A stretch of 64,000 nt of DNA from NCBI RefSeq assembly GCF_008831285.2, contig NC_045138.2:9548001-9612000 (forward strand). The letters run 5' to 3'. The notes under the pieces are model-generated. The model searched no databases and was not told the DNA's origin. It saw only the letters and a list, made by a program, of their open reading frames with translations. Made by a program: the position numbers and the translations under genes. Numbering within the stretch: position 1 is the stretch's first letter; each line of letters starts with the position of its first letter. This document shows positions 51,701 to 63,282 of the stretch, in pieces. This DNA comes from Nymphaea colorata (Eukaryota).

Positions 51701-52230
51701 TCAAGGCAACAAGATCAAGCAATGATCAAATTTCAACCAAACAAGTAGCATTTAGTAGCTGGTTTCCAGCAGGCGTCAATAAGGCATCCACGTCCTTTGA
51801 GGGAGGATGTTAAGGAAAGTGATAAGGGCAAGATCAAAACAGATTTTGAAGATTTTATTAGAGGATAAAAACATATCAGATGCTAAAATCTTGGGCGTCA
51901 ATAGTTGTTTTTTCCTTTCTATATTTTGCCATTGCATCCCTTATCACACGTCTCCTTCCCTTTTCTCTTGTTGTAACTCCCATTGTAACAACTCTATATA
52001 TACCTTGTAATAGTCTTCAATACATCATCAAAGAAAGATTTCATAATCATTTCTCTCATTCTCTCTCAATTACTAGGTTTTTCACTAAGAATCACAGGCA
52101 TGCATTGTTCATCTCCCTGAGTTTTCGTAAGCCCACCCCTCCCTCATTCTTTGGGAGACATAATTGGTCCCATGTGTTCTTGATGGAACCCCAGTAGGGA
52201 CTCGGCGAGATGGCTCGTGATACCTCACAA
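48720..52230 (-). mobile_element. L1-type LINE ORF2 fragment split by the LTR element
   Basis: WDQLCLPKNEGGVGLRKLREMNNA (52100-52180) continues in frame across the TSD into LAWRALTTDNSWAKLI (below 49534). zf-RVT-like CCFICHHAT*SEQHLFLECTEVRKIW near 48910-48995. Confidence 0.85.
49535..52084 (+). mobile_element. Complete non-autonomous Copia-type LTR element encoding only gag and protease (TR-GAG-like), 2550 bp
   Basis: 5' LTR 49535-49820 and 3' LTR 51808-52084 (TG...CA); TSD CTAAG on both sides; PBS TGGTATCAAAGCC at 49821; PPT GAGGGAGGA at 51799-51807. Degenerate gag with zinc knuckle CQYCGRKCHSAKTC and protease WYLDSGATNH. No IN/RT/RH. Confidence 0.93.
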
Positions 52231-52539
52231 GTTGCAAGCTATACAAAATTTCGTCCAACTGAACAACAACTAGGTTAAATAACACCATGAGACGAGGTAC
52301 AATAAGGGGTTAACCCATCCAAAATCAGTCAGCTGACTACATAATACAAATGAATATGGTCATACAAATGAATAAGGTCGTACAAGTACGTCCAATACAA
52401 TAAACCTATCAGCTTTTGCCAAACCATACATACAATTCCTATACGAACAAACCACACCCACACTCTAGAACGGCTACTCAAAGGGGTAAGACCCTAGACT
52501 CAACCTCTAAGTCGAAGAGTCTTCGACCAATTTCATGAA

Positions 52540-55500
52540 CTCAATAGCGATATTAGTGTACTTATTAATGTATAAAACTCTAATTTCTTGAGTTCAAGTG
52601 ATAGGAATCCTATGAATGGTGAAATTACATTCTATGGATTTGTCATAGACATTGTAAATGTCACTTACAATGGGATTCTGGTGTTGGTTCTATTCAACGG
52701 TAAATGGTATGATGTGCTTAGTTCATGTAGTTGTGGCATTGAACAAGATGAATTTGGATTCATATGCATAAACATCAACTTCAGATGTATTAAAGATTGC
52801 CTTTTTATCTTAACATCACAAGTGCAACAAGTTTTTTACTTAGAAGACTCAATAAAAAATGATCAGGATTTTGTTATTAAAACAAACATGAGATATGTAT
52901 GACATTTTGAGGAGAAACATTGTGACAATAATAATGATTGTGATATAGATCTATGTCTAAATAATGTGTCAGTTGTTGATTCTTATAATGTCGTTGATAA
53001 TTTGACTTGAGTTTGGGATGATGGACAAAATTTGTGGTTAATCATTCTTACAAAGATAGTTGGCATGAATTACACATATATTATCGTTTGCAAAATTAAT
53101 TCATTATAGTAGCTACATGTTTTTCCGTGCATTGACATGACAACCTTTTATGTCAATTTGCATTCATAAATGATGCCATTATTATTCTACACTTGTTCTT
53201 ATGTATATTCATTTATTATATGACAAAATATTCTTTTGTTAGATGACTTATCAACAATAGTATATACTATCAACGTATGAGAGCATAAAAGATAAGACAT
53301 TAATGTTATTCAAATACTAATATTTTCAATCACTAAAGATTAATTTATATTTTGATTTGATTTGTTTATAGTATCCCAACCAAGAAACACATGGAGATTG
53401 ACTCAATCTCTTGCCACTGCAAATTTGAAACATAGTTATAAGTATAAACTACGTGTGGACATTGTTAGATAGCCAATCAGTAGTGAAAAACAATATTTGA
53501 CAATGTATATTAGAACGCCAACCCGAGAGACCTAGAATGCACACTATTGATTTTTCTACAGGTGGTCAGAATTGCCCATTCATAAATGTGCACATGTTAT
53601 TATTGTCTTCTACTTAAAATTTAATAATTGAATGTTACATATCATTTGTTTGCACTTATACCTTGTTCGATATATTACTTTGTTCTGTGTGCTCAAAACA
53701 TAGAAGTTTGATATTCATAATGAACATAAGTTGACCACACACAAGTGAACAATATAGAAATATGCATGTCTCTTCATGGTATGAATTGATGAACTTTACA
53801 CAAATGCTTACAAACTTTTGAAGCTTGTAAAGCACAACTTGCTAAGCACAAGATTCCATATAATCGGTTGGAATCTATGGTGAAGCAATTTATTGAAGAT
53901 CAGCAAAATATATGTATTTTATAAATTCGGTGGGAATTAATTTGTATTATAAATCTTAGTATAAGTGTATGTAATATTTTATATAATATAACAACTCACA
54001 AGAAGTTAGTGAAAAAGATACTTAAAACCATATGCAACTGCAGTACCAACTTACCACACGTATAGAAAGCTTCACATGATTTAAAGCAAATAAGGTAAAT
54101 TATAATTTAACATCATTTTGAATTTATATTTGAATAATATTTAACTATACATAATCAAATATCCAATTTGATACATTCCTTTGTACAGTTTGTTGAAGAT
54201 GGACCTGAGTCTTTACATAGTGAAGTTTTTATTGCTACTTGAAGTAGCACTAATGCAAACTACTTGAACCTTGAAACTATGTATTAAGTATTGTATACAT
54301 GTATTATTCACACAAGAGTATATATGTTACTTGTGTACATATAATGCATTAAGAAAAGGTAAAAGAAAAGATAGCTACTTTTCCTTCGGGAGCATCTGAT
54401 TCACAGGTAGTGGTGATGTGATACTTTATGTTATAAGAGAAAATAGACATGGTCGGATGTGTATAATGGGAATACTAGGTGTGCAACTTTCATAGTTTTT
54501 TAATGAAATCACAAGCAAAAGTCAACTTGAAGCACAAAATACAACATTAACAAGTCAGTGCCCTACACAAAAAGCAATTGTACTTGAGGAGGGATGCGAT
54601 GAGCTCAAAGGAACATGTGTGAGAGTACCTACGCTGAAGGCAACTTGTGCTAGAATCCCTGAGGTAGACTCTAAATGTGCAAGGGTAGATATGCTCGAAG
54701 ATTGTATAAATCAAATCATGGCTTTGCTTGAAAGATCTTCAGTTAAAATTTAAATTGCATTATATGTTAAATTATAACATTTCTTGTAACATATTTTTCC
54801 TCTTCTATGCTAGGTTATTGGTACTTCTCAATTTCCACCATTAATACATGTAGAACGAAGTTGAAATCTTGATTCTTGGACTTAGTTTTATGTAGTGAAT
54901 GAGATATACAAGTATCATCTTACTATGGAAGATAGACTATATATATCAAAAACTGTGTTGAACTTATTTCAGTTTTCATGTATTTGTATTAACATACTTG
55001 TTATTGAAGAAAACAGCAAATGCTAAAGTGATTTCATAATTTCATTGGTATGTTAACCAAGAATATGTTCTATGTAATACATTAATTGTGGCTTTGTTCT
55101 ATAATCTATTGATTGCAGGGCTTTATTGGATTCCGTTATTTGGGTGGTATATAATAAAAATAATATAAAAATATTACAAATTTTTACTAATGTGGGAGGC
55201 CCATCAGTAAAACAAATCATTACTAACATGCCAAATTACTAATGTGCCAAACACATTAATGTAACAAGAATTTTACTGACGTAGAAGAGTCCATTAATAA
55301 AAGGCTGGAGTTTACTACCGATAATTCTCCATTAGTAGAACTAAAATACTTGACTGACGGTAAGCTACGTCAGCAAACCAACGAATACATTGGCATCCAG
55401 ATTTGTCAGTATAAGTCGACAAATATTGGCAATTCTTCTAGACCGTTAGTGAAACCTTCAGTAACACCATCCATATTGACAGGGGCGAAAGGGGGGGGAC

Positions 55501-55797
55501 CCGCTTGGGCCATGGCTCGGGTGAGTGCAGAAAAAAAATATATATTAAAAAAATCAACTTTTTTTAGTTTGACTCAATCCGTCACTCTTCTTGGTCCAAC
55601 CTGCGGACCGTTTGGCCCGCCCCTGAAAAAAATTCTGGCTCCGCCCTGCATACTAATAAATTTCATAAACCATTAGTAATACATTTCCGCCCTGCATACT
55701 AATAAATTTCATAAACCATTAGTAATACATTTACTGATGTTTCAAGTAGTTTTACTAATGTTTTTTCATGTCAATAAAACTACATTTTTTTGTAGTG
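52540..55797 (+). mobile_element. CACTA (En/Spm) element remnant: transposase C-terminal fragment and right terminus
   Basis: 52588-52902 FYGFVIDIVNVTY...VLFNGKWYD...DEFGF...FILTSQVQQVFYLED is DUF4216-like TNP2. Right TIR TTTTTTGTAGTG ends at 55797; TTACTAA/TTAGTAA subterminal repeats. Confidence 0.85.
55480..55648. mobile_element. Short hAT-like MITE inside the CACTA subterminal region
   Basis: CAGGGGCG...CCGCCCTG termini; flanks CATATTGA / CATACTAA (6 of 8 match); a 46-bp tandem duplication (55640-55731) spans its right junction. Confidence 0.6.
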
Positions 55798-56528
55798 CAT
55801 CCAATTGGAACCCAATATGTTGACATATGTACTTATTTCTACATATTATTGATTGAAACCTTTTAACTGAACACATGCTTAGAATATTGAAACTAGACAA
55901 CTACATTTAGTTTATATTATGTAAAAAAAAAAATCATTGCGTAGCCTCCATGCTCTACCATGCTCTAAAGCAATAATGCCAACATAGCAAAATTTGATGA
56001 ATAACACAGTCAAGTATTTTTTTTTAAATGCATGTATTATAAACTTATGGTCCTTCGGAAAATCACAATCCATTTTGTTTTTCGGTAATGAAGGTAAAAC
56101 AACTGTAATTGAGCTTGCGGATAAGGGCAGAGCCCAATGAAGTTATATGATGAACAAACTTTGCTTGATATCATGTCCCAATATGACATAGGGGAAAAAG
56201 TCTCTCGGGGGGTTTGATGCTGCAGATGGGTAGAACAAAATTAAGTCTGAGCGTAACAATAAGAAACATGTAAACTATGAAAATAAGTAATCATCAACCT
56301 AAAAATAGATTTCAATCGACTTTGAGGAAGATCTATCACTACCTAAAAAGCGGCCTATACCGGTGCTTAATATACCGGTGAAATAGGTAACGGTGATATT
56401 CGCGCCGTAATTTTGTATACCGGTGTTGGCTTCACCGGTATAGATCATCACGCCCAAACTTTCACCTTTCTTCCCCCCGGGTTTTTTCTTTCCCAACTTT
56501 CTTCTCTGTCCTCCCCTATAGTATTTTC

Positions 56529-56892
56529 CCAAAACCGCGTCGACTCTCTCCTCCATGGCCGCCCTCTTCGGCATCAAGTCCGACTTCTCCCCCCTCGAGC
56601 CGATTACCCTACCGCTCAGCACCTCCAAGCACTACAACATCACTGCCGGCCAGGCGGTCCGCGTCCCCAACATCTGCAGCTGTGCCATGGCAGTGGATCC
56701 CGCTCCCTTGCAGCTGCGACCAAGGGGAAGCCTTCCCGATTGAACACCATGCCCACGTTGTGGCGATGGGCATGGACCTAACCGGAATCGCCGCCCAGTT
56801 TGAGACTACCCAAACGAAGCTCATGGCTCTCAACGGCACATCCGGCCCCACCACCCTCGAGGCAGGCCAGGTGCTCGACATCTCCCTCCGAG
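56529..56892 (+). pseudogene. LysM GPI-anchored chitin receptor (LYM2/CEBiP-like) exon-1 fragment, 5'-truncated, central LysM deleted
   Basis: STLSSMAALFGIKS...LPLSTSKHYNITAGQAVRVPNICSC is fused out of frame to WIPLPCSCDQ...HAHVVAMGMDLTGIAAQFETTQTKLMALNG...LEAGQVLDISLR. Donor AG|GTGAG at 56892/56893. No signal peptide. Confidence 0.85.
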
Positions 56893-59800
56893 GTGAGCCC
56901 TCTCGTCATCGCTCCTCACTCCCTTCTTCACGCATGCACGCCTTTGTCTTTTCTTGCTTCAAGGTTTCGATTGAGCCTTCTCCTCATCGCACAAAAGAGG
57001 GATTAGGTTTGAGATGGGGAAGTAGAATTTACATACATATTTCTTCTTAATGGAGTAAACTTCATGCTCAGCCTGTCGTTTCTTGAACTGTCTGCTGGTT
57101 GCAAAGGGAATAGAGAAGCTGTCTACGCTCTGCAACTCGTAGCAGCCTAGAGCACGACGAGATTACTTGCTATGATTATGAAGAGCATCTGTAGAATAAG
57201 CATGGACAACTGCGTGCTATTTAATCTTGTTTACTTTATGTTTTTCATTTTCTCACATCCTCCATATGTTTTCCACGTCTCTAGGCCAGGGAAACTCGTT
57301 ATTATAGGTAGGATGTCCCTGGCCATCAGACAATTTGCAAAAGTACTGGTTCATTACATAGCAGTGAAGAAAGAAATAAGTCATGCAGCTAGGAGGAGAA
57401 TAATGTCACTGAAATTCTCAAATAAACTTTTATTTGGTTTGATGAACAACGTAGGTCAATGCTGCACCACCCATTGTCTTTATATTTTTCTTGATGTTCA
57501 TGTATGAACCACCTTTTAATCTTATTTATAATTTTATCATGATCTGAAAACAAGAAAAAATGAGTGCTGTCATTTGGTTATAGTGTTGCAAAATTAAATT
57601 CCAAGAATTCTTGCAGAGAAATAACATGGATGCAAGCTTTTGAGCTGTGTGGCGTATTTATGTCTTTCATTATCTTGTTTTGATGTTTCCAGGCATCCAT
57701 ATTTGTCAAATTCATAGCTGCTTCCTGCATGTCATTTATGGTGCTAATAAGTGTCATGTTTTTTGCCGTGTGACCTATTTGAATTAAAGTATTTGCTTGT
57801 TTGCTTTTAAAACAGTAGGGGATCCTGAGTTTCGTAGCCAGCAGAATGTGAACATTGAAAATCTACAGTCAAGTCTTTGCTTCTAGGAAGGTGTGGATGG
57901 CTTCCTCTATTCATAAAGATGAAGAAGCAGGTAACTGACATTATTGAGAGTCTTCCCACTGTCTTCCTGACGGACACCTCCCTGCCTGAATATAATGTTT
58001 CCAAAATAGTCTCTGCTTTCTGCTCTTCTGCAGTTCAGTTTCGTTTACTTAACCATAGGAAACTTGTCAGTCATGATTAATTGTGCCTTTTGATGCGACA
58101 TATAGTGCCCGTAAAATGGCTATGTTTCTGTGGAAGAACCTTTCAGTGATGATTCAACTATATTCCCTTACGGGTAAAACGGCACTAGATAAAACATTTG
58201 ACAATCAATAAAAATCTCATGGTTGAAACAGTTCCCTACTGGAAAGACATATTTGAACTGTTGAAAGAAAAGGTAGGGACATTCTCCAAAATGCAATTTC
58301 TTTTGCAAATCCAGTGGTAAGTCAAGAACTATATCTTAATAAGATCCTTCTATAGTTCTATTAGTACTAGGTCCAGCAATGGAAGGAAAAACTTATTGGT
58401 TTTGCTAGCTATGTTGTAATATTTTGAAGTCCGTTATATGATTTATCTAGGGTCTAACAATTAGAAAATGCAGTTACCTTATGGATACCCAGGAACTAGC
58501 AAAAACATATGCAAGTTTGCTTACTATTATTGTTCCTCGACATCCACAGCAAGGACATCAGATAACTGAAGTAAGCTCTGGTGTATTGTTGATAGATCTT
58601 TTATCTTCCATTGTTGGCATGGTTTATAGATTGTTATCTTGCCCAATAATTCTGAAGGTTAGGTGTAGATGCACTACCCATTGGAAGGCCATATTTGTCC
58701 AACATCCCCTCCCAAGCTGAGCCTAGAATCTTTATCTTTCAAAACCATGTGAGTCTACAGTTGCTGAGCCAAGCGTAGGTCAATTTAAACCATTGTTTCT
58801 TGGCCTTAACTGTTGATTGGCAGGCTTGATCTTGTTTGCCCGAGGTGGCTGGCCTGTCATATGTTTTATTTTTTTGTTTTCTGTTCTACTGTTTCCCTAC
58901 AACTTTTGTGCTTGTATAAGGAAATAGTCTAAATGCTAGTTGTTGATAACATTCTCAGCATACTTCTTTAAGGTTCACATTCTATTCTGCAAATTAGCAA
59001 TATGCATGTAAATTTCTGCTAAATGGCAGGCAGGCCCTTATGGACCACTCGGCTTAGTTTTTTCACCTAATTTCCAAATGATGCTATAACATTTTCTATT
59101 TTGAAACAAGTAGGGAATTAGATGTAATATTTTGAATACTTCTTGGCAAATTTTCTTTCTTTTGGTTATCCATTATCCATTCCCTTATCAGAGTTCTTCT
59201 AAATTGAGTGCTTCAGTTTCCTGTTCTATTTTGTCCTTCTAGGCATCTCACAACTAACACTGCCTTTGCCAATCGTGTATGAGCGAGAGATTCATGACCT
59301 ACTTCTTAAAAGTGATACAGTAATGAGCAGAGAAAAGTCCCCAAGTATTGAATAATCGGAAACTAGCTGCATCTGTGCTATTTGGCATTTCTCATTTGCA
59401 ATTATATTATAGTTTTTTTCCTTTTCCTGAGAATTGTTAGTCAATTTCTAATTAGAAGAGTTCCAGTTGTGATCAGTCTTTTAAGGATGGTTGCTATGTG
59501 CTTTGGTTAAGGTATTTCTTCTGTCTCTTCACCTCTTCCATTTTTCCTTTGCAATAGAAGCATCGTATTGAGTAGGATTGAATTGCAATGTAGGATATTC
59601 CTTTATGTGCAATATCACGAACATCTCAGGTCAGCAGTCACTTTAGTTGCCATGGGGTAGCTCTTTTTCCCCCTGAACTCGGCTAGTTCATGCTTCATAT
59701 TCTAGTCTTCTGATCTCTAGGAATGTCAGGTAAGAAAATCTGCTAGTGTTGCGATTGGCAGCATGATAACAAGCCAATGGTGTCTACTGCCTTCAATTTT

Positions 59801-60403
59801 TTTCTTTCTGACATTTTCTTTGCACCAATTCATTTGGATTTTTCATGTTCTTGTGATAACAAGCTCATGTTCTATAGAAAATCTGGTTTTTACCATGTTA
59901 CCCAAACACTAAAACCAGGTTTTCAAAACTCTTTAAAAAAATGGACAACCAGGTTCTGATGAAAACCTGAAGGGGTGTATCCAAACAAGGCCTACATACC
60001 TACCGCTTCAAATATAGAAAATTGGGATTAAAGGGTACTTCCCCAAACGATATGGGTTTCTGGATTTTTTGGGCTGCAATTTTACTGAAAGTCATCAAAT
60101 AAGGCTCCTTCTACTCAAATGACCTACAAAACACAACACAAAATAAGAACAAACCAGATGAAGGCAAAGTGTCCTTGACAAACACAAGTAAGGCCCTTCC
60201 AGGAGCAAGATGAAGCCAGACACTCAAGACAATAAATTGCTCGAAGGCCATATCGCATGGGACCAAATACCTGTCAAAAGCATAATACAGGATTAAGGTG
60301 TTTCATTTTCCATGTACCTTTTACAGCATAAATGTAGATCATGTTAATTTCTTTTCACTACATTTTCATCTTTTTCCTGTTCATATTCTTTAAATGAAAC
60401 ACA

Positions 60404-60459
<56 letters not shown>

Positions 60460-60500
60460 CTTGCATATAACTTAAATTGTGAAGATGGTGCTTCCTTCAG

Positions 60501-61553
60501 TGGACTGGTGGAAGAGGACGAATATACCTCTCACATGATGAGCTCACAGGTGCCTGTTTCTGAGCTGCAGTATCCTAAGAAGGTACTTTCTACGTCTGGA
60601 AAGGTACATGTTACTGCTTTATCCTCTTGAGTTCAGACATTTTCTTCTTTGTACCTATGAAGCTAGCATGCCTAGAGGTGGATTGCTCTTGATCTAACCC
60701 GTAGCTGACACATACACCAGAAATAAAGATTTGAAAGTTATTCTGCAGAATCATGTAAGCACCAACCTTGCCCAAGTTGTCTCCAAGGTAGCCTCAAGGC
60801 AAAGGAAAAGCACCAAGGGACTGTGTTCCATGTCATTTTCTGATCAAGTAATTGTGTGCCCTTATCAATGTTAAGCAATTGGCCAGTTGAAAGTGAAGAA
60901 ACATACTTCAAGGTCACTGGCGCAATAATTTCTAGGGCATCCACCTGAAAACTGGACAGTTCTCTAAGAAGATGTGCTCAGCTTTCTTACTATTCAGCAG
61001 AGGAGTTTATCTGGCAGCTGAATGAGCAGTAGCTTGTTATATAGAACACGTTCAAAAAATGTTATGTTTCGCTCAGTCTTCAAACTGAGTGAAATCAACA
61101 TCAAATTTATTCTAGTTTTGGATTTGGTGTATAGTGTTAAACAAAATCACTAATGAATATATACTTGATCAGGAGCTATTCCAAGGCTGATTCTGAAGGC
61201 TGTGGATGTCCTCAGTCCTGGGGTTTTTACTACACATGCCAGCCATCTGCAGAACTCCACGGTCCACCATGCCTTCTTATCTCCATGTTCTGTTTCCCTT
61301 ATTGTAAAACAAACTAAAATGCAGTGTACTTCATCATTTGGGCAATCTTAATTGTAACGACCTTTTAGTGTGTTGGAAAATTTCCATTTTGTGATTGCAG
61401 AAGTATAGGCTGCATTTGAAAAAACAATGGGAATGTAGAATATCTGCCACTCTTTCTATGCAAAATCAGCATTTTAAAGACAGGCACATTGAGCTCACCT
61501 TATTACCAGGCAGTGACCCAAGCACCCTAGTCGCACTCCCCCTTCAACAATGA
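60501..61553 (+). pseudogene. Degenerate GARP (Myb-like SHLQKY) domain exons, B-type response-regulator-like
   Basis: Exons 60501-60582 (RGRIYLSHDELTGACF*AAVS*), 61173-61252/61261 (AIPRLILKAVDVLSPGVFTTHASHLQ) and 61401-61553 (KYRLHLKK...stop). Phase-1 and phase-0 introns fall at the positions recalled for ARR-B genes. Confidence 0.7.
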
Positions 61554-62534
61554 GTTAGTTAATGAGAAGTTGCATCAGAGTAATGGCCATCTGTTTGATA
61601 GGAAGCCTTTTGCATCCAATGGATCAAGTCAAAATGGATTTTCGATTGTGGGCCTCAAGGTAGTATTTTATTTATGTATCCTTTGTCTTGACTGAAAATT
61701 GGATTATACTGTTGGACCCTAGCTGTGATCTCTATTTACTATTTGGCTTACATGGCAAAGCGTGAACAGGGAATGAGGCTCAACTTGGTGCGTGATTATT
61801 AATTTTGTAGTTAGTTTCTATACATGTTGGTTTATAAACTATAAAATGTTTAGAACTCTCTGTTTCTTTACCTTCAGTTAATATATTTATTCGGTCATTT
61901 CTGGCAACACGTTATTTGTTTTCATATTTGATTAAATTTGTGCAGTTTTTTGTGTCAGTTATTTATAAAACTTTGAATTAAAAATGGTTTTTTGGCAATT
62001 GGCATGCTCATCTCAATCTATGACAATGGAGATGAGTGAATATCATGTGTGAGAGGTCATCTGTGTGTCATCCTTGTGCAGGGGAGATGCTAATCGTTTT
62101 TGTGTTGTTCCAATTTTTTCGTTCTTCAAAAGAGACCATGTGTAAAAAGTAATGATACAATGTCAGGAAGCATTGTCAAAATGAATCTGTTAAAATTGAA
62201 AGAAATGGTGAAATTATTATGTTGGATATTGGTACATTTACTAATAAAGCAAAAGGGAAGGATTGGTAGCTCTACCCGAGCATTTCCACAATAGATGGGT
62301 CCGTCGGGGATGGGAGAGGCACTGTGCCTCCCTCTTCCACCCGCAAGTTTCAAGAGAAGAAAAAAAAAAGGCCCACTAGAGCCACCAGATTGAAACAATC
62401 AAAAGGTTCTCGAGAGTCATGATAGAAACACGTGAATCTGAACCTTGGAGCCAGGGTTTTCATTCAATCACATCCATCCGATGTATTACATGGAACGAGC
62501 ATGCATTGTATGTATAAACGCTATTCCTTTTATT

Positions 62535-63083
62535 TGTTATAATCGTATTCTCCAAAAAGAATGCATCAACAACAATAAAAGAGACCAAACCAACATAAAA
62601 CTGCTAAAAACGGAATCACAGGGCTGCGAGTATAAGATCGAGTTTTCAACACCGATATTGCAGCAATATACGCCAAGATATATGCTATATAATGCAGAAA
62701 ACAAGAGACACCAATTTACGTGGAAAAACCCCCAATAATGGGGTAAAAAACCACGGAAAAGAAAAATATATATTTACACTTCAAAAAGGCAATACAATTA
62801 TGTTGTTCTTCTTGCATGCAGAGGATAGCATAAATCATTCTCAAGAATGAATGCATAAGAAAACAAAAAAAAAAAGAAATCACGGTATGTTTTTCTTTTC
62901 TTTCCTTTTGTTTTCTTCACTTTCTTTCTCTACACTTGAACCCACACGGCTGCCCAAATCCACAACCTTGCTCTTCTTCCTCTTTCCTTCTTGTCTTCCT
63001 TCTCTTCTTTGTCTTCTTCTTTCCCTTCGCCTTGCTTGGTGTGAGCCATAAGGGAAGACCTCTCTCTCTTCAAAAGAGTAAAA

Positions 63084-63139
<56 letters not shown>

Positions 63140-63231
63140 GTAAGAGTGATGTAAATAGGGCACCATCGGGTGCCCTCCTTTTTCTTTTCACCCGGGTCGG
63201 GTCCTCACTTGAGGCTGGACCCAACCCAACA
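62535..63231 (-). repeat. 3' LTR of a Copia element (~697 bp)
   Basis: TGTT...AACA bounds; minus-strand PPT GAGGATGGAGGGAGAG immediately upstream of 63231; internal (GA)n and TATA-like motif. Confidence 0.8.
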
Positions 63232-63282
63232 AGCTCTCCCTCCATCCTCAAGAGAAGGATTATACCTGCAAAATAAACAAAA

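Larger units (their letters stand above)
56337..62534 (+). mobile_element. Candidate Pack-CACTA element (left terminus plus captured gene fragments); right end not in the window
   Basis: CACTACCTAAAAA at 56337. TATACCGGTG at 56356, 56371 and 56416, inverted at 56433. Immediately followed by a LysM receptor fragment, later by GARP exons. Confidence 0.6.
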
